DNA of 64,000 nt from the human T2T-CHM13v2.0 reference genome, Homo sapiens: the NCBI RefSeq assembly GCF_009914755.1, contig NC_060938.1; one strand, written 5' to 3'. Position 1 is the first letter of the stretch; each line of letters begins with the position of its first letter. Of the stretch, positions 1 to 18,079 are shown one piece after another. The notes under the pieces are model-generated. The model had not been told where the DNA came from and searched no databases. It was given only the letters and a program-made list of their open reading frames with translations. The position numbers and the translations under genes are program-made.

Positions 1-1375
<1,375 letters not shown>

Positions 1376-1720
1376 TTTCCTCTTGCTGCCTTTCCCAAAA
1401 TATTCTCATGGCTCATTCTCTCACTTTTTCTGTGTCTCTGTTCAGATGTGACCTTCTTAAGGAAGCCTACTCTGACCAACCTATTTAAAATCACAGTCAT
1501 TCTCCTCTGCATTCCTGATCCCCTTTAACCTGCTTTATTCCATTCTTTTTCCATAGCACTTATTACCTAACATAGGATATAAATTATTATACTTAATTTT
1601 TATTATCTGTCTTCCTCCAATAGAATGTAGGCTATCGGGGAAAGGAATTTTACTATCTTATGTATCTGAAGCAATGTAACAGTGCCTGGTTCTAGAAGAT
1701 GCTTAATGCTTGATGGGTGA
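1376..1720 (+). mobile_element. L2 3' region remnant
   Basis: L2-like text (ctgttcagatgtgaccttc...ctgaccaacctatttaaaat...tagaatgtaggct...acagtgcctgg). Confidence 0.7.
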
Positions 1721-2903
1721 AAGAACAGGCTTTCCAGGTTAGGAAACTAAATAGAATATTAAACCCTATTGCCTGGGACCACAACAAATGTCCTCACAGT
1801 TTACTGTCTGGTTAGAATCTTGTATTCAAAACTGACCAATCTTCACCCAAGCTAAATCAAAAGCATACTTTTGTTAGGGCCTTTTGTCAGGGCCAAGATC
1901 AAAGAGAATCATGTTTGGTTTGTGCCTTCAAGGACTCGGAGTCTAGTGGCTGGAGGCACGCAAATACATGCCATAGATTATCTTTTTCTGTCACCCCCCT
2001 TTTTTGTATGGTAGAGGTAAGGCAAGGGATGGATGCTCGTGAATGATGACAGGGACAGTTAGATTTATCTTGCTTCATTTAGTACAAGAAGAGATTTTTG
2101 ATGTCATGTGGCAGCCTATTTCGGGTGTCATACTTAGAATTAAAATCTTCCTTCCCCCACGTTGTATCTAACCAAATAGAGTAGATGTCAGATAAAAAAA
2201 GATGTCGTTATCTGGAATATAATTATTAACCTATTTAAAAATGCAGAGAGATTTCTATTGATAAAAAATTATGGTCATTGTGCAAGCTTCTGACTAGACC
2301 TAATTGTCTCCAGGTCAATTTACAAAACTTGTAATAAAAAGCGCTCCTGGCAGCATTGTTCAAAAAGGAGCCTCTAAACAGGATTTAACTAAGGCTGGTG
2401 AATGCAGTGAAAGATGAAAATGAATTAGGTGTTATCTTATTTCTAATCTTAGGTAACAAAATGGTTATTTGTATTCCTATTCAGTAATAGCCAGGATTTT
2501 AATTCTGAAATTTCTTTTCATGATCTGTCAAAAGATAATATTTTAAAAAATCGATCCATGTCTGAGAAGCTTTGCATTTTGTTTAATTGAATTATATTTT
2601 CCTTTAGTTGAATTTAAAAATAGTTCTTGCTATTCTTTGATGTGACAGAAATCTTGAGTGATATCTCAAGGAAAAAGTAGCATTTTAGGTGCATGCCTAT
2701 TTTTCTGTTCATTTGATTTCTTATTGTTTGTTGAGTGCCTATCATGTACTTGCCTGGATTATAAAGATGAGTATCTCTCCATTTATGGAGATCGTAGTTC
2801 TCAGATCTCTCCTGAACAGGGCAGACAGAAGGAATTGCCTACCTTGTATTAATTGTGGTAACTTTGAGGGAAATAGTTTTTATACCTCTTTCGGCTGAAA
2901 ATT

Positions 2904-3238
2904 ATTATTATTATTGTTGCGGTAAGAACACTTAACATGAGATGTACCCTCTTAACAAATTTTTAACTGTACAATACGGTATTAACTATGGGCATAATGT
3001 TGTACAGCAGATCTCTAGAACTTACTCATCTTGTGTAACTGAAATTCTGTACCCATTGAACAGCAACTACCCATTTCCTCCTCCTTTCAAGTTCTGGGAA
3101 CAACCATTTTTTCTGTTTCTATGAGTTCGACTATTTTAGATACCTCACATAAGTGGAATCATCCAGTATTTCTTTCTGCAAGTAAGACTACAGACAAAAA
3201 AGCTTCTGCACAGCAAAGGAAACAATCAACAGAATGAA
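2904..3238 (-). mobile_element. Old L1 (L1MA9/L1MB-like) 3' end on minus strand with a short inverted ORF2 piece (3179-3238, +)
   Basis: ggtaagaacacttaacatgagat...cagatctctagaactt is an L1M 3' end; aaaagcttctgcacagcaaaggaaacaatcaacaga is sense ORF2. Confidence 0.8.
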
Positions 3239-3491
3239 TTGGTTGAAGATTTTTGGCTGGAAAGGAAAAAAAGCCTTGTATGTAATTGAGGGAAAGAATA
3301 AACATTGTCAACCTGCATAATTTGTGGTAGTGAGGAATTGTATTTACAATTTTCCGTGATTTTTTTGCTGAAAGAAAAATAAGTTTTTAAAAAATTGTCA
3401 GAATTCAAGGTTTGAGAAAAACATCTATATTTTTACCTCTAAGTGACAATTATTATTTGCTTTAAACTATCAATTTCTCCATTTTTATTCA

Positions 3492-3805
3492 TTTTTTTTT
3501 TTTTTTTTTTTTTTTTTGAGACAGAGTCTCACTTGTTGCCCATGCTGGAGTGCAGTGGCACAGTCTCTGCTCACTGAAACCTCTGCCTCCCGAGTTCAAG
3601 TGATTCTTCTGCCTCAGCCTCCCGAGTAGCTAGGACTAGAGGTGCGTGCCACTGCTCTGGGCTAATTTTTCTGCTTTTTAATAGAGACAGGGTTTCACCA
3701 TGATGCCTAGGCTGGTCTTGAACTCCTGCTCCTGTCCTCAAGTGATCCAACTGCCTCGGCCTCCCAAAGTGCTGGGATTACAGGCGTGAGCCACCATGCC
3801 CGGAC
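3492..3805 (-). mobile_element. Alu (AluS-type)
   Basis: Full dimer, polyT, TSD atttttattcattt (3481/3809). Confidence 0.95.
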
Positions 3806-4539
3806 TGTATTTTTATTCATTTCTATTTTCCTCCAAAAGATAGGCTACCTTTTTTCTTAATGGTTATTTTCATTGATGTTCCTTCCCTTTTTTCTTCAAG
3901 ATGATAATTTCTCAAAACATTTTCTTCACCTCTATTTTCTTATGATTTTGTGACATTTCTACGTTTATTGTCTATATTCTCACTTTTAAAAAGCTGTAGA
4001 AGCTCATGTCAACCTTTCCTTGAGTAAATCAAGTGATTCTCAAATTACTCCCCTACACCCCTGCTTTTTTTCCTCCCATCTTTTGTTCTTTGGCTCCTCT
4101 CTCCAAAGACATCATCCTATTTTCACTTTCCTTTCTTCCTTCCGATATGTAGTTAACCTACCTCTTGCTGAAATATTTTTGGTCCCATTGATTTTCTATA
4201 TTTGGAAAATCTTTCAATAGATTTCAAAGACTTGTCTAGTCTATTATATTCCTAAGAAAGATATTCTTTACTGAAACTTTATTTTTTCATCTTTCTGGAT
4301 GTCTCCATTAATTCTGTCTTATTCTCTTTTTACGTTTTTGTCTTCTTCATGGAGTATACAAAACTTTCCTCTTTCTGAATTATCTTTGATTTATCAAAAG
4401 AGTGATTCTAACACAAAATGCCAGAGATTTCTCCTCTTATTCTAGGAAGATGACCCTAACATAACTTCTTCTCTGGGCCTCTGGTAGGTCCCCTTTCTTA
4501 AATTCCATTTTCTAGTTTTCCTTAAAGAGTACATAAACA

Positions 4540-4858
4540 GGCAGGGTGTAGTGGCTTATGCCTGTAATTCCAGCACTTTGGGAGGCTGAGGCAGGTGGAT
4601 CACCTGAGGTCAGGAGTTTGAGACCAGCCTGGCCAACATGTTGAAACCCAATCTCTACTAAAAATACAAAAATTAGCCAGGCGTGGTGGCACATGCTCTT
4701 AATCCCAGCTACTCAGGAGGCTGAGGTAGGAGAATCACTTGAACCTGGGAGGTGGAGGTGCAGTGGGTCAAGATGGCGCCATCACACTCCAGTCTGGGTG
4801 ACCAGAGTGAAACTCTGTCTCAAAAAACAAACAAACAAACAAACAAAAAACAGAGAGA
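4540..4858 (+). mobile_element. AluSx/Sz-type with (CAAA)n tail
   Basis: Full dimer; TSD agagtacataa(a/g)ca on both sides. Confidence 0.95.
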
Positions 4859-5666
4859 GAGAGTACATAAGCAGTCACTTGTGAAGACTGATTTTTCAAA
4901 GTTTGCCTCCTCTTTTGGTGAGACCGGATGGCTTACTCCATATTCTCATGTTAGAGAGGCTCACCTAGTTAAGCACTACATCAAGAATGTCAAAATCTGG
5001 TGGTCTTGGGATGTTTGAGTTTGTTCTGTCAATTTATCTGAATTAGACAATTTATGTTATAGTGAATCTCTTAGATTTCTCTAAATATTGATTTAAAATT
5101 TTCTCCAAGTCCTTTTCCAACTTTTTAGCATACCAAGACATTACAGTGACACTTTTGGAATTCTCTTCTCTAGTCAACTTGAGAGTTTTGATGGTATCTC
5201 CTTTCTGTTAATCCAGTTTCAGACTCCTCAGCTGTAACTTCAATAAGAAATGTTTCAAAACACAAATGTTACCTACTACACCTATCCACCTACCCACCAA
5301 TTCCTTCCGTCCCTTGTTTCTGTCAGTTAAATTTAGGAGTTTTCTGCTCATTCTGACACTATTTGATTGAAAAATCAGTTCTTGGGAGTAAAAGTTTTTA
5401 TTCATTGTAATTCTTTGGTGTCAAGTTATGACCAAAAGACATACCTACCCTATTTTCTCATGCTCTTCACCTTTTTTTCCTTACAGGATAGATTCTTAAA
5501 TAAGTTCTTGCTCCTGAAAACCATCTTGACTGTCCCTCACACACAAAAAATTTCACCTTATTTTTTTGAAGTGTGAAACAATTTGTTCTCAATTCAAAAG
5601 TGTCTTCTCTCCTCACCTTCAGTAATAAACGCTCAAGAAAAATGATTTCTCTGCACACTAAAGAGT

Positions 5667-6305
5667 CATCATTGGAAATGCAAATCATAACCACAATGAG
5701 ATACCACTTCACATCCACTGGGGTGGCTAGAATAAAAAAGACAGATAATAACAAGGGTTGGTGAGGATGTAGAGAAATTGGATCTCTTTGCACTGCTGGT
5801 GGGAATGTAAATTGGTGCAAACATTTGGAAAAACAGTCTGGTAGTTTCTCAAAAGTGTAAACATAGAATTACTATATGACCTAGAGATTCCACACCCAGG
5901 TATATAAACAAGAGAAGTAAAAACATATATCTACCCAGAAACTTACACACAGATGTTTATAGCAGCACTATTTATAATAGCCAAAAGGTAGAAACAACCT
6001 AAATGCCTATCAACTGATGAATAGGTAAATAAAATGTCATGTATCTATACAATGGAATATTATTCTGTCCTAAAAAGGAATGATGTACTGATAATACAAC
6101 ATAGATGGACCTTGAAAATATGTTAGGGGAAGGAAGCCAGATGCCACAAAAAACCACATATTGTATGATTCTATTTGTGTGAAGTGTTCAGGATAGGTAA
6201 ATCCAGAATACAGAGAGTGGATTAGTGGTTGCCTAGCGCTGGGGTGGCAATGAAGGAGTGATGATAATGACCACTAATGGGTATTGGGCTTCTTTTAGGC
6301 ATAAT
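5667..6305 (+). mobile_element. L1MB/ME-type ORF2 C-terminus and 3'UTR
   Basis: EMQI.TTMRYH motif followed by typical L1M 3'UTR. Confidence 0.85.
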
Positions 6306-6309
6306 TGCA

Positions 6310-8340
<2,031 letters not shown>

Positions 8341-8350
8341 TAGATAGCCA

Positions 8351-8647
8351 TTTTTTTTCTTTGAGACAGGGTTTCACTCTGATGCCCAGGCTGGAGTGCA
8401 GTGGCATGATCTCAGCTCACTGCAGCCTCAATCTCCAGGGCTCAAGTGATTCTTCCACTATCCCCTGAATAGCTGGGATTAGACGCACATGCCACCACAT
8501 ATGGCTAATTTTTTGTATTTTTTTTTTTATAGAGACGGGTTTTTGCCATGTTCCCCAGGCTGGTCTTTAACTCCTGGGCTTAAGTGATCTGCGCACCTTG
8601 GCCTCCCAAAGTGCTGGAGTTACAGGCCTGAGCCACTACACCTGGCC
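8351..8647 (-). mobile_element. AluJ-type
   Basis: J-type text (gcagcctcaatctcc.gggctcaag, ctcctgggcttaag), high divergence. Confidence 0.9.
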
Positions 8648-9679
8648 CACTTTGTATTTTTTGATCTCTATATATGTATCTTACTATCTACATATCTTAT
8701 ATCTCCCTGTCCCTTCTTAGATAAACAGTTAACTTACTACACTCATTTTTCTTAAGTGGTATATTTTAATTTAAATTAATTTCAAGGACCAATTAAAAGG
8801 GCCTAAGGATAACAATTTATTTGACTAGCCTCTAGTTTTAAGTTGGAATTTTGTGCTTGATAAGGAGTAAATCATCTTTCCTTTCTTCTCTCCCTTTCTT
8901 ACTCCCAAATGTTATGAGTCAGTGCTGGAAATGTGTCTGTTGCTGTGGACTCGGAGTGTGGTGTCTGTACTGCAGTTTTTCAGGATTGGCTAAAATTTTC
9001 TGAGTCCTTCATGTCAAAATGGGTTTTGTGCAAGCTTATGCAAGCAAAAAACAACAAACATTACTGAGTACATTTTGGTGCAAGGTATATGCAAGATGTG
9101 GGGGATAAGGCTGGGAACAAATCAGATACTTTCCCTGACTTCATTATCCTACAGTTCTGAGAAAGGAAAATAAAAGGGTCAGGAGTGTTCACCATGTTAA
9201 GAGATAAGAGAAGCTGGGGCTTCTCATTTTCTGGTGTGGTGGCCAAAGCTTACCACAAGAGTAGTCACAATAGATGGACATTTACCTTGGTGCCTTCTTT
9301 TGCCATAAAGCCTGATCTGGTGACTGAAATTTCCATTTCTGCAGAAGTCATTACTTTGAGCTGTTGTTATCTTCAGAAACACTGGTTTAAATGAATAGGA
9401 AGGGGCAGTACATTAATATATTAGATCTCATTTCATTATTGCCCAATGCCTTTAATAGATTGCTAGAAGATGGAAGGCCTCCAGAAGTATTAATAAGAAG
9501 AGTATGAGGAAAACAACAAGGAGTCAGATTATAGGTATAACAAAGCTTAGGTTGCTAATGTACACAATGACAGATAATCAAAATGATTTTGATAGGTTGG
9601 GGGATGGGCCTAGTATCAACAGGATAAAATAATGTATCGATAAAAGTAACATTTAGAATTCTTTGTTACACAGATAAAC

Positions 9680-10400
9680 ATATACACCTGGCCCAGGAAC
9701 TGGAGCAGCTGAAGAAAGATCCATGGGAAAGTAGAGCAAGTTGTAGGCCCAGCTGCTGCTTCACACCAATGAAGTGCAACAGCAGAGGTAAGCAGCAACC
9801 TGTGTGAGCAAAAAATGGCTGCTGCATCATTTCTGTACACTAAATTGCCCACAGGAATCATTCTGTCTCTGATGCTCATCAGAAATACACAGGACAGGGA
9901 ATTCTGGGAAATGTAGTTCAGCATAGCCAATTTGATACGTTACAAATCCCACTAAAGATGTGTACTACTGTGATTGTTTTGGTGTCAGGAAACAGACTCG
10001 AAAACTAGTTAAGGAAAAAATAATTTTCAAGATACAAGGGCAACTCAAGTAATCCAGAGCAAGAATGCATCCAGGCCTATGGAGAGCCTGGAATCCCACC
10101 AATGCTGCCTCTTGGCATAGCTTCTTCATTCTCTTTGTAAGCCTGTTTCCTCTGCCTTTTTGATCTACATAGCAAGTGCAAGATGGCCAGCCCACAGGTC
10201 CCAAGGTTATATTTATGGTAACTAGAGGAGGCATCCCAAGAGACTAAGCCAGTCTGTCTCTGTCTTTCTCTTCTTGACTATTTTAGTTCAAATATTGGTA
10301 AATGGATTCTGATTGGTCTAGCTTAGACATTGTGCTTATTCTTGTCCAGTTAGGGGATAGAGTCACATTATACAAAATGCTTCCAGGAGCAGTATCCACC
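9680..10400. mobile_element. Old ERVL/MaLR LTR fragments (MLT1/LTR16-33-like)
   Basis: gggaattctgggaaatgtagttc and gattctgattggtctagctta motifs typical of old LTRs; subfamily not determinable. Confidence 0.5.
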
Positions 10401-11446
10401 ATTGTGAGAGAAGCAGACCATTAATGAGAGTGCACTCAAGGAGTTTCTAGAATTGGTTTGTCAGCTAAATTTGTTCTAAAATTTGTTCCTCAGCAAGCTG
10501 TGATACCACAAGTGAAGCCTAGATAACCCTGTGGTTTTGAGTAGTGCAGTGTATTTTTGTTTTCTTACTTGTCACTCTTTTCCCTTTTGCACTACTCAGC
10601 TTCGATGCCTCAGTCCCTCCAGGACTAGGAAAGCAATCAATATGTTATCTTCTGATTCCCACTTTGAACTAGAGTTATCTGCATTTTTAGAGAGAAATAA
10701 CAAAAGGCAATTATAGGGTTTGGCTCTGTGTCTCCACCCAAATATTATCTTGAATGGTAATAATCCCCACACATCAAGGGCAGGACCAGATGGAGATAAA
10801 TGAATCATGGGGGGTCGTTTCCCCCATGCTATTCTCATGATAGTGAGTGAGTTCTCACAAGATCTGATGGTTTTATAAGGGGCTTCCCCCCTTCACTTGG
10901 CTCTCATTCTCTCTCCTGCCACTCAGTGAAGAGGTGCTTTCCACCATCATTGTTTAAGTTTCCTGAGGCCTCCCTAGCCATGTAGAACTGTCAATTAAAC
11001 CTCTTTTCTTTAAAAATTACACAGTCTCAATTACCCAGTCTCTTTATAGCAGCATGACAATGGACTAATATAGTAAATTGGTACCATAGAGGGTGGGGTG
11101 CTGCTATAAAGATACCCGAAAATGTGGAAGCGACTTTGGAACTGGGTTACAGGCAGAGGTTTGAAGAGCTTGGAGGGCTCAGAAGAAGACAGGAAGATGC
11201 GAAAAAGTTTGGAACTTCCTAGAGAACTGTCACATGGTTTTGACCAAAATGATGAGAGTGATATGGACAATGAAGTCCAGGCCGAGGTGGTCTCAGGTGG
11301 AGATGAGGAACTTCTTGGGAACTGGAATAAAGGTGACTCTTGCTATGCCTTAGCAAAGAGATAGGCAGCATTTTGCCCCTGCCCTAGAGATCTGTGGAAC
11401 TTTGAACTTGAGAGGGATAACTTAGGGTATCTGGCAGAAGAAGTTT

Positions 11447-13945
11447 ATTGTTTTTAACTTTTTATATTATTTATTTATTTTACTTTAAGTTCCAGAATAC
11501 AAGTGCAGAACGTGTAGGTTTGTTACATAGGTATACATGTGCCATGGTGGTTTGCTGCACCTGTCAACCCGTCATTTAGATTTTAAGCCCACATGCATTA
11601 GCAATTTGTCCTAATGCTCTCCCTCCCCTCGGCACCCCCTTCCCCCGACTGGCCCGGGTGTGTGTTGTTCCCCTCCCTGTGTCCATGTGTTCTCATTGTT
11701 TGACTCCCACTTATGAGTGAGAACATGCAGTGTTTGGTTTTCTGTTCCTGTGTTAATTAGTTGAGAACGATGGCTTTCACCTTCATCCATGTCCTTGCAA
11801 AGGACATGATCTCATTCCTTTTTATGGCTGCATAGTATTTCATGGTGTATATGTGCCACATTTTCTTTATCCAGTCTATCATTGATGGTCATTTGGGTTG
11901 GTTCTATGTCTTTGCTATTGTAAATAGTGCTGCAATAAACATATGTTTGCATGTGTCTTTATAGTAGAATGATTTATAATCCTTTGGGTATATACCCAGT
12001 AATGGGATTGCTGGGTCAAATGGTATTTCTAGTTCTAGATCCTTGAGGAATTGTCACACTGTCTTCCACAATGGTTGAACTAATTTACATTCCCACCAAC
12101 AATGTAAAAGCGTTCCTATTTCTCCACAGCCTTGCCAGCATCTATCGTTTCTTGACTTTTTAATAATCATCATTCTAACTGGCATGAGATGGTATCCCAT
12201 TGTGGTTTTGATTCGTATTTCTGTAATGATCAGTGATGTTGAGCTTTTTTTCATGTTTGTTGACTGCATGAATGTCATCTTTTGAGAAATGTCTGTTCAT
12301 ATCCTTTGCCCACTTTTTGATGGTTTTTTTTTCTTGTAGATTTGCTTAAGTTCCTTGTAGGTTCTGGATATTAGACCTTTGTCAGATGGGTAGATTGCAG
12401 AAATTTTCTCTCATTCTGTAGGTTGCCTGTTCACTCGGATGATAGTGTCTTTTGTTGTGTAGAAGCTCTTTAGTTTAATTAGATCTCATTTGTCCATTTT
12501 GCCTTTTGTTGCAGTTGCTTTTGACATTTTTGTAATGAAATCTTAGCCCATGCTGATGTCCTGAATGGTATTGCCTAGGTTTTCTTCTAGGGTTTTTTAT
12601 GGTTTTGGGTTTTACATTTAAATCTTTAATCCATCTCGAGTTAATTTTTGTATAAGATGTAAAGAAGGGGTCCAGTTTCAACTTTCTGCATATGGCTAGC
12701 CAGTTTTCCCAGCACCATTTATTGAATAGGGAATCCTTTCCCCATTGTTTGTTTTTGTCAGGTTTGTTGAAGATCAGATGGTTGTAGATGTGTGGTGTTA
12801 TTTCTGGGGTCTCTGTTCTGTTCCATTGGTCTATATGTCTGTTTTGGTACCAGTACCATGCTGTTTTGGTTACTGTAGGCTTGTAGTATAGTTTTAAGTC
12901 AGGTTGCATGATGCCTCCAGCTTTGTTCTTTTGCTTAGGATTGTTTTGGCTGTACAGGCTCTGTTTTGGTTACATATGAAATTTAAAGAAGTGTTTCTAA
13001 TTCTATGAAGAATATCAGTAGTAGTTTGATGGGAATAGCATTGCATCTATAAATTACTTTGGGCCGTATGGCCATTTTCATGATATTGATTCTTCCTATC
13101 CATGAGCATGGAATGTTTTTTCATTTGTATGTGTCCTCCCTGATTTCCTTGAGTGGTGGTTTGTAGTTCTCCTCAAAGAGGTCCTTCACATCTCTTGTTA
13201 GCTGTATTCCTAGGTATTTCATTCTCTTTGTAGCAATTGTGAATGGGAGTTCATTCATGATTTGGCTCTCTGCTTGTCTATTGTTCGTCTATAGGAATGC
13301 TTGTGATTTTTACACATTGATTTTGTATCCAGAGACTACTAAAGTTGCTTATTAGCTTAAGGAGTTTGGGGGCTGAGATGATGGTGTTTTCTAAAGATAG
13401 AATCATGTCATCAGCAAACAGAGGCAATTTGACTTTCTTTCTTCCTGTTTGAATACGCTTTATTTATTTCTCTTGCCTGATTGCCCTGGCCTGAACTTGC
13501 AATAGTGTGTTGAATAGGAGTGGTGAGAGAGGGCATCCTTGTACCAGTTTTCAAAGGTAATGCTTCCAGCTTTTGCCCATTCAGTATGATGTTGGCTATG
13601 GATTTGTCATAAATAACTCTTATTATTTTGAGATATGTTTCATCAATACCTAGTTTATTGGGAGTTTTTAACATGAAAGGCTCTTGAATGTTATCAAAGG
13701 TCTTTTCTGCATCTGTTGAGATAATCATGTGATTTTGTCATTGGTTCTGTTTATGTGATGGATTAAGTTTGTTGATTTGCATATATTGAACATTCCTTGC
13801 ATTCCAGGGATGAAGACTACTTGATCATGGTGGATAAGCTTTTTGATGTGCTGCTGGATTCGGTTTGCCAATAGTTTACTGAGGATTTTCACATTGATGT
13901 TCATCAGAGACATTGGCCTGATGTTTTCTTTTTTTTTGTGTCTAG
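11447..13945 (-). mobile_element. 5'-truncated L1PA7/8-like element nested in the THE1 internal region
   Basis: Minus-strand ORF2 fragments, T-rich tail at left, TSD ggcagaagaagttt / ggcagaataaattt. Confidence 0.95.
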
Positions 13946-14015
13946 GGCAGAATAAATTTCTAAGCAGCAAACCATTTAAGAGGTGACTTGAGTGCTCGTA
14001 AAAGCATTCAGTTTT

Positions 14016-14298
14016 GGCTGGGTGCAGTGGCTCATGCCTGTAATCCCAGCACTTTGGGAGGCCGAGGCGGGCAGATCACCTGAGGTCAGGATTTCGAGAC
14101 CAGACTGGCCAACATGGTGAAACCCTGTTTCTACTAAAAAACAAAAATTAGCCAGGTTAGGTGGTGGGTGCCTGTAATCCCAGCTACTAGAATGGCTTGA
14201 ACCCAGAAGCAGAGGTTGCAATGAGCCAAGGTTGTGCCATTGCCCTCCAGCCTTGGCAACAGAGTGAGACCTGGTCTCAAAAAAAAAAAAAAAAAAAA
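14016..14298 (+). mobile_element. AluS nested in the THE1 internal region (small right-arm deletion)
   Basis: TSD aaag(c)attcagtttt; cagctact joins directly to agaatggc. Confidence 0.95.
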
Positions 14299-15689
14299 GA
14301 TTCAGTTTTATGCATTCACGAAGATTGATTTGGAATTGGAACTTATGTTTAAAAGGGAAGCAGAACATAAAAGTTTGGAAAATTTGCAGCCTGACAGTGT
14401 GTTAGAAAATAAATACCCATTTTCTGAGGAGAAATTCAAGCCAGCTGCAGAAATTTGCATAAGTAATGAGGAGCCAAATGTTAATCACCAAGACAATGGA
14501 GAAAATGTCTCCAGGGCATGTCAGAGGCCCAGAGGCATAGGAGGAAAAAGTGGTTTCATGGGCCAGGCTCAGGGGCTTTCTACTTTGGGCAGGCTCTGGA
14601 CTTGGTGCCCTGTATCCCAGCCATGGCTAAAAGGGGCCCAGGTACAGCTCAGGCCATTGCTTCAGAAGATGGAAGGCCCAAGCCCTGGCAGCTTGTATGT
14701 GGTTTTGGGCTTGCCAGTGCACAGACATCAATAATTCAGGTTTGGGAACCTCCACCTAGATTTCAGAGGATGTATGGAAAAACATAGGTCTCCAGGCAGA
14801 AGTTTGCTGCAGGGGTTGAGGCTTCATGGAGAACCTCTGCTAGGGCAGTGCAGATGGGAAATGTGTTGGTGTTGGAGCCACCACACAAGAGTCCCCACTG
14901 TGGGGCACTGCCTAGTGGAGCTGTGAGAAGAGGTCCACCATCCTCCAGACCCCAGAATGGTAGATTCACCAACAGCTTGCACCTTGTGCCAGAAAAGCTG
15001 CAGGCCTTCCTCAATGCCAGCCTTTGAAAGCAGCCAGAAGGGGAGCTGTACCCTGAAAAGCCACAGGGGTGGAGCTGCCCAAGGCTGTGGGAGCTCACCT
15101 CTTGCATTAGCGTGACCTGAATGTGAGACATGGAGTCAAAGGAGATCATTTTGGAACTTTAAGGTTTAGTGACTGCCCTATTGGATTTCAGACTTGCATG
15201 GGGCCTGTAGCCCATTTGTTTTGGTGAATTTCTCCCATTTGGAATGGGTGTGTTTACCCAACGCCTATAATCCCACTGTATCTAGGAAGTAACTAACTTG
15301 CTTTTGATTTTACAGGGTCATAGGTGGAATAGACTTGCTTTGTCTCAGATGAGACTTTGGACTTGGACTTTTGGGTTGATGCTGAAATGAGCTAAGACTT
15401 TGGGGGACTGTTGGAAGGGCATGATTGTATTTTGAAATGTGATGACATGAGATTTGGGAAGGGCTAGGGGCAGAATGATACAGTTTGGCTCTGTGTCCCC
15501 ACCCAAATCTCACCTTGAATTGTAACAATCTCCTCATGTGAAGGGTGGGACCAGGTGGAGATAATTGAATCATGGGGGTGGTTTCCCCCATGTTGTTCTT
15601 GTAGTAGTGAGTTCTCTTGAGATCTTTTGGTTTTATAAGATGCTTTCCCCCTTTGCTTGGCACTCATTCTCTCTCCTGCTACCATGTGA

Positions 15690-16077
<388 letters not shown>

Positions 16078-16234
16078 TAAACCTCTTATTGTTATAAATT
16101 ACCCATTCATGGGTATTTCTTCATAGCAGCATGAGAATGGGCTAATATAGGCAATTTAATATTTAATATAAGGGAATTAAAACTAATGTCTGGGCGCAAA
16201 ACAAAACAAAATTGAAAATAACAAAAACCCTCTG

Positions 16235-16568
<334 letters not shown>

Positions 16569-17080
16569 AAAAACCCTCTGAATCAGAGGAGCCTTGGATT
16601 TAGGAGAACCAAAAGGGTAAAACAAGGCATGGAATCTGGACAAGCCAACAAATCAACATAGTTATTTGGTTTAGTCCTCAATGGAAGTTTTGAAAAGGGT
16701 CCTAACATTGGGATAAATACAAAGATACAGCTCAACCTTATCACCACCAAATATTACTTGTTAAGCAATTCATTGTTTTGTCTTTACTGGAGGATTGCAC
16801 AGAATGATGAATAGCTAGGTTTGATTGATGTGTGACTGCTGGTTTGAGACCATCTGAGGTGTAACAAAATAAATTTTATGGCTCCCTATGGGCTCTGGAA
16901 AGACTGGAGTGAGAAAAAACAATTGGAATGCCTGGACACTATGTGCTTGTTAATGATAATTGGGCTGCTAGTGTTTTCAGACCTGTTTCTAAAGGCCAAA
17001 AATGCCCATCAAAGAACCACTAACATAGGCAAAGTGTAAAGGAGATGAATTTTGCATTCTGTGACTTACGCCTCCAAGTC

Positions 17081-17418
17081 TATCGTCTTAGTCCATTTGG
17101 GCTAATAATAACAAAATACCATAAACTGGGTAGCTTATAAACAACAGAAATTTGTTTCCTACAGTTCTGGAGGCTGGGAAGTCTCCAGAATATCAAGGCA
17201 CCAGCAGATTTGGTGTCTGGTGATGGCACACTTTCTGGTTCACAGATGCATTTTCTAGCTGTGTCCTCATGTGGAAAGAGAAGGTAAGCTTGGGCCTGTT
17301 TTATGAGGGCACCAATTTTGTTCATGAGCACTTTTCCCTCATGACTTACCTCCCCAAAGGCCTCACGTTCTAATACCATCACTTTGGGGGGCTGGGGGAC
17401 ACATTCAGACCATAGTAC
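17081..17418 (-). mobile_element. MaLR solo LTR (MSTD/MLT1A-like)
   Basis: gtcttagtccattt...acagttctggaggctgggaagtc...cattcagaccatag. Confidence 0.85.
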
Positions 17419-17519
17419 CTACTTTACTCAATTATTCAACATAATTATGTAGTACTTACTACATGCTAGGCACTGTGCTACTCTCTAAAACTCTTCTTAA
17501 AATATACATCAATAAAGAC

Positions 17520-17915
17520 TTAGACTTAGAAGGGATTTTAGAAGAGGTAATTGAGACCCATTGTATCTAGGAGTCTCTTCCAGTGACACTGAGTACTCGA
17601 CATCCAAAGGCAGCACTCTCCAACGGTGCTCATCTCTTACTGATAAAAAGCTTTTCCATATATTGTGATTTCCACCTATGAGTTCTATTTTGTCCCAGGG
17701 AGAACACGGTCTCAGTTCCATTTTCACATGATAGCCTCATAAGGATTATAGATATTACTGCCTTCCTTCAAGTCTCCTCCAAGGCAAGCATCCTGAGGGC
17801 TGTCATGTTCCTGTGATGTCACATGAGCACTTCAGTTTGTAAGTGTTCCTCTTCAGTATGGTGCTCAGAACTGGACACAGCAATCCGTAAGTGCAGAATT
17901 TAGTAGGAGTGTTAC
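17520..17915. mobile_element. L3/CR1 remnant
   Basis: ggtgctcagaactggacacag resembles the conserved CR1/L3 block. Confidence 0.5.
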
Positions 17916-18079
17916 ACTGGGCTAGTAATGTGGTCTATGTTTACTTTAGTAATTATTTTGAACGTACTGAATTTGGGTCAACTAGGACCCCAAGGATAAG
18001 TCAGATCTCTTCTACCTTATTTTACTCCTGCCAATGATTTCTTGAGTTCGACTGGATCAGCATTGTAGTCAAAGAGTAC

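Noticed and set aside
11122-15149. ORFs of 80-166 aa (11122-11364, 14234-14734, 14518-14787, 14763-15149)
   Set aside because: Remnants of the THE1 internal sequence, partly fused to an Alu tail; fragmented by stops and insertions.
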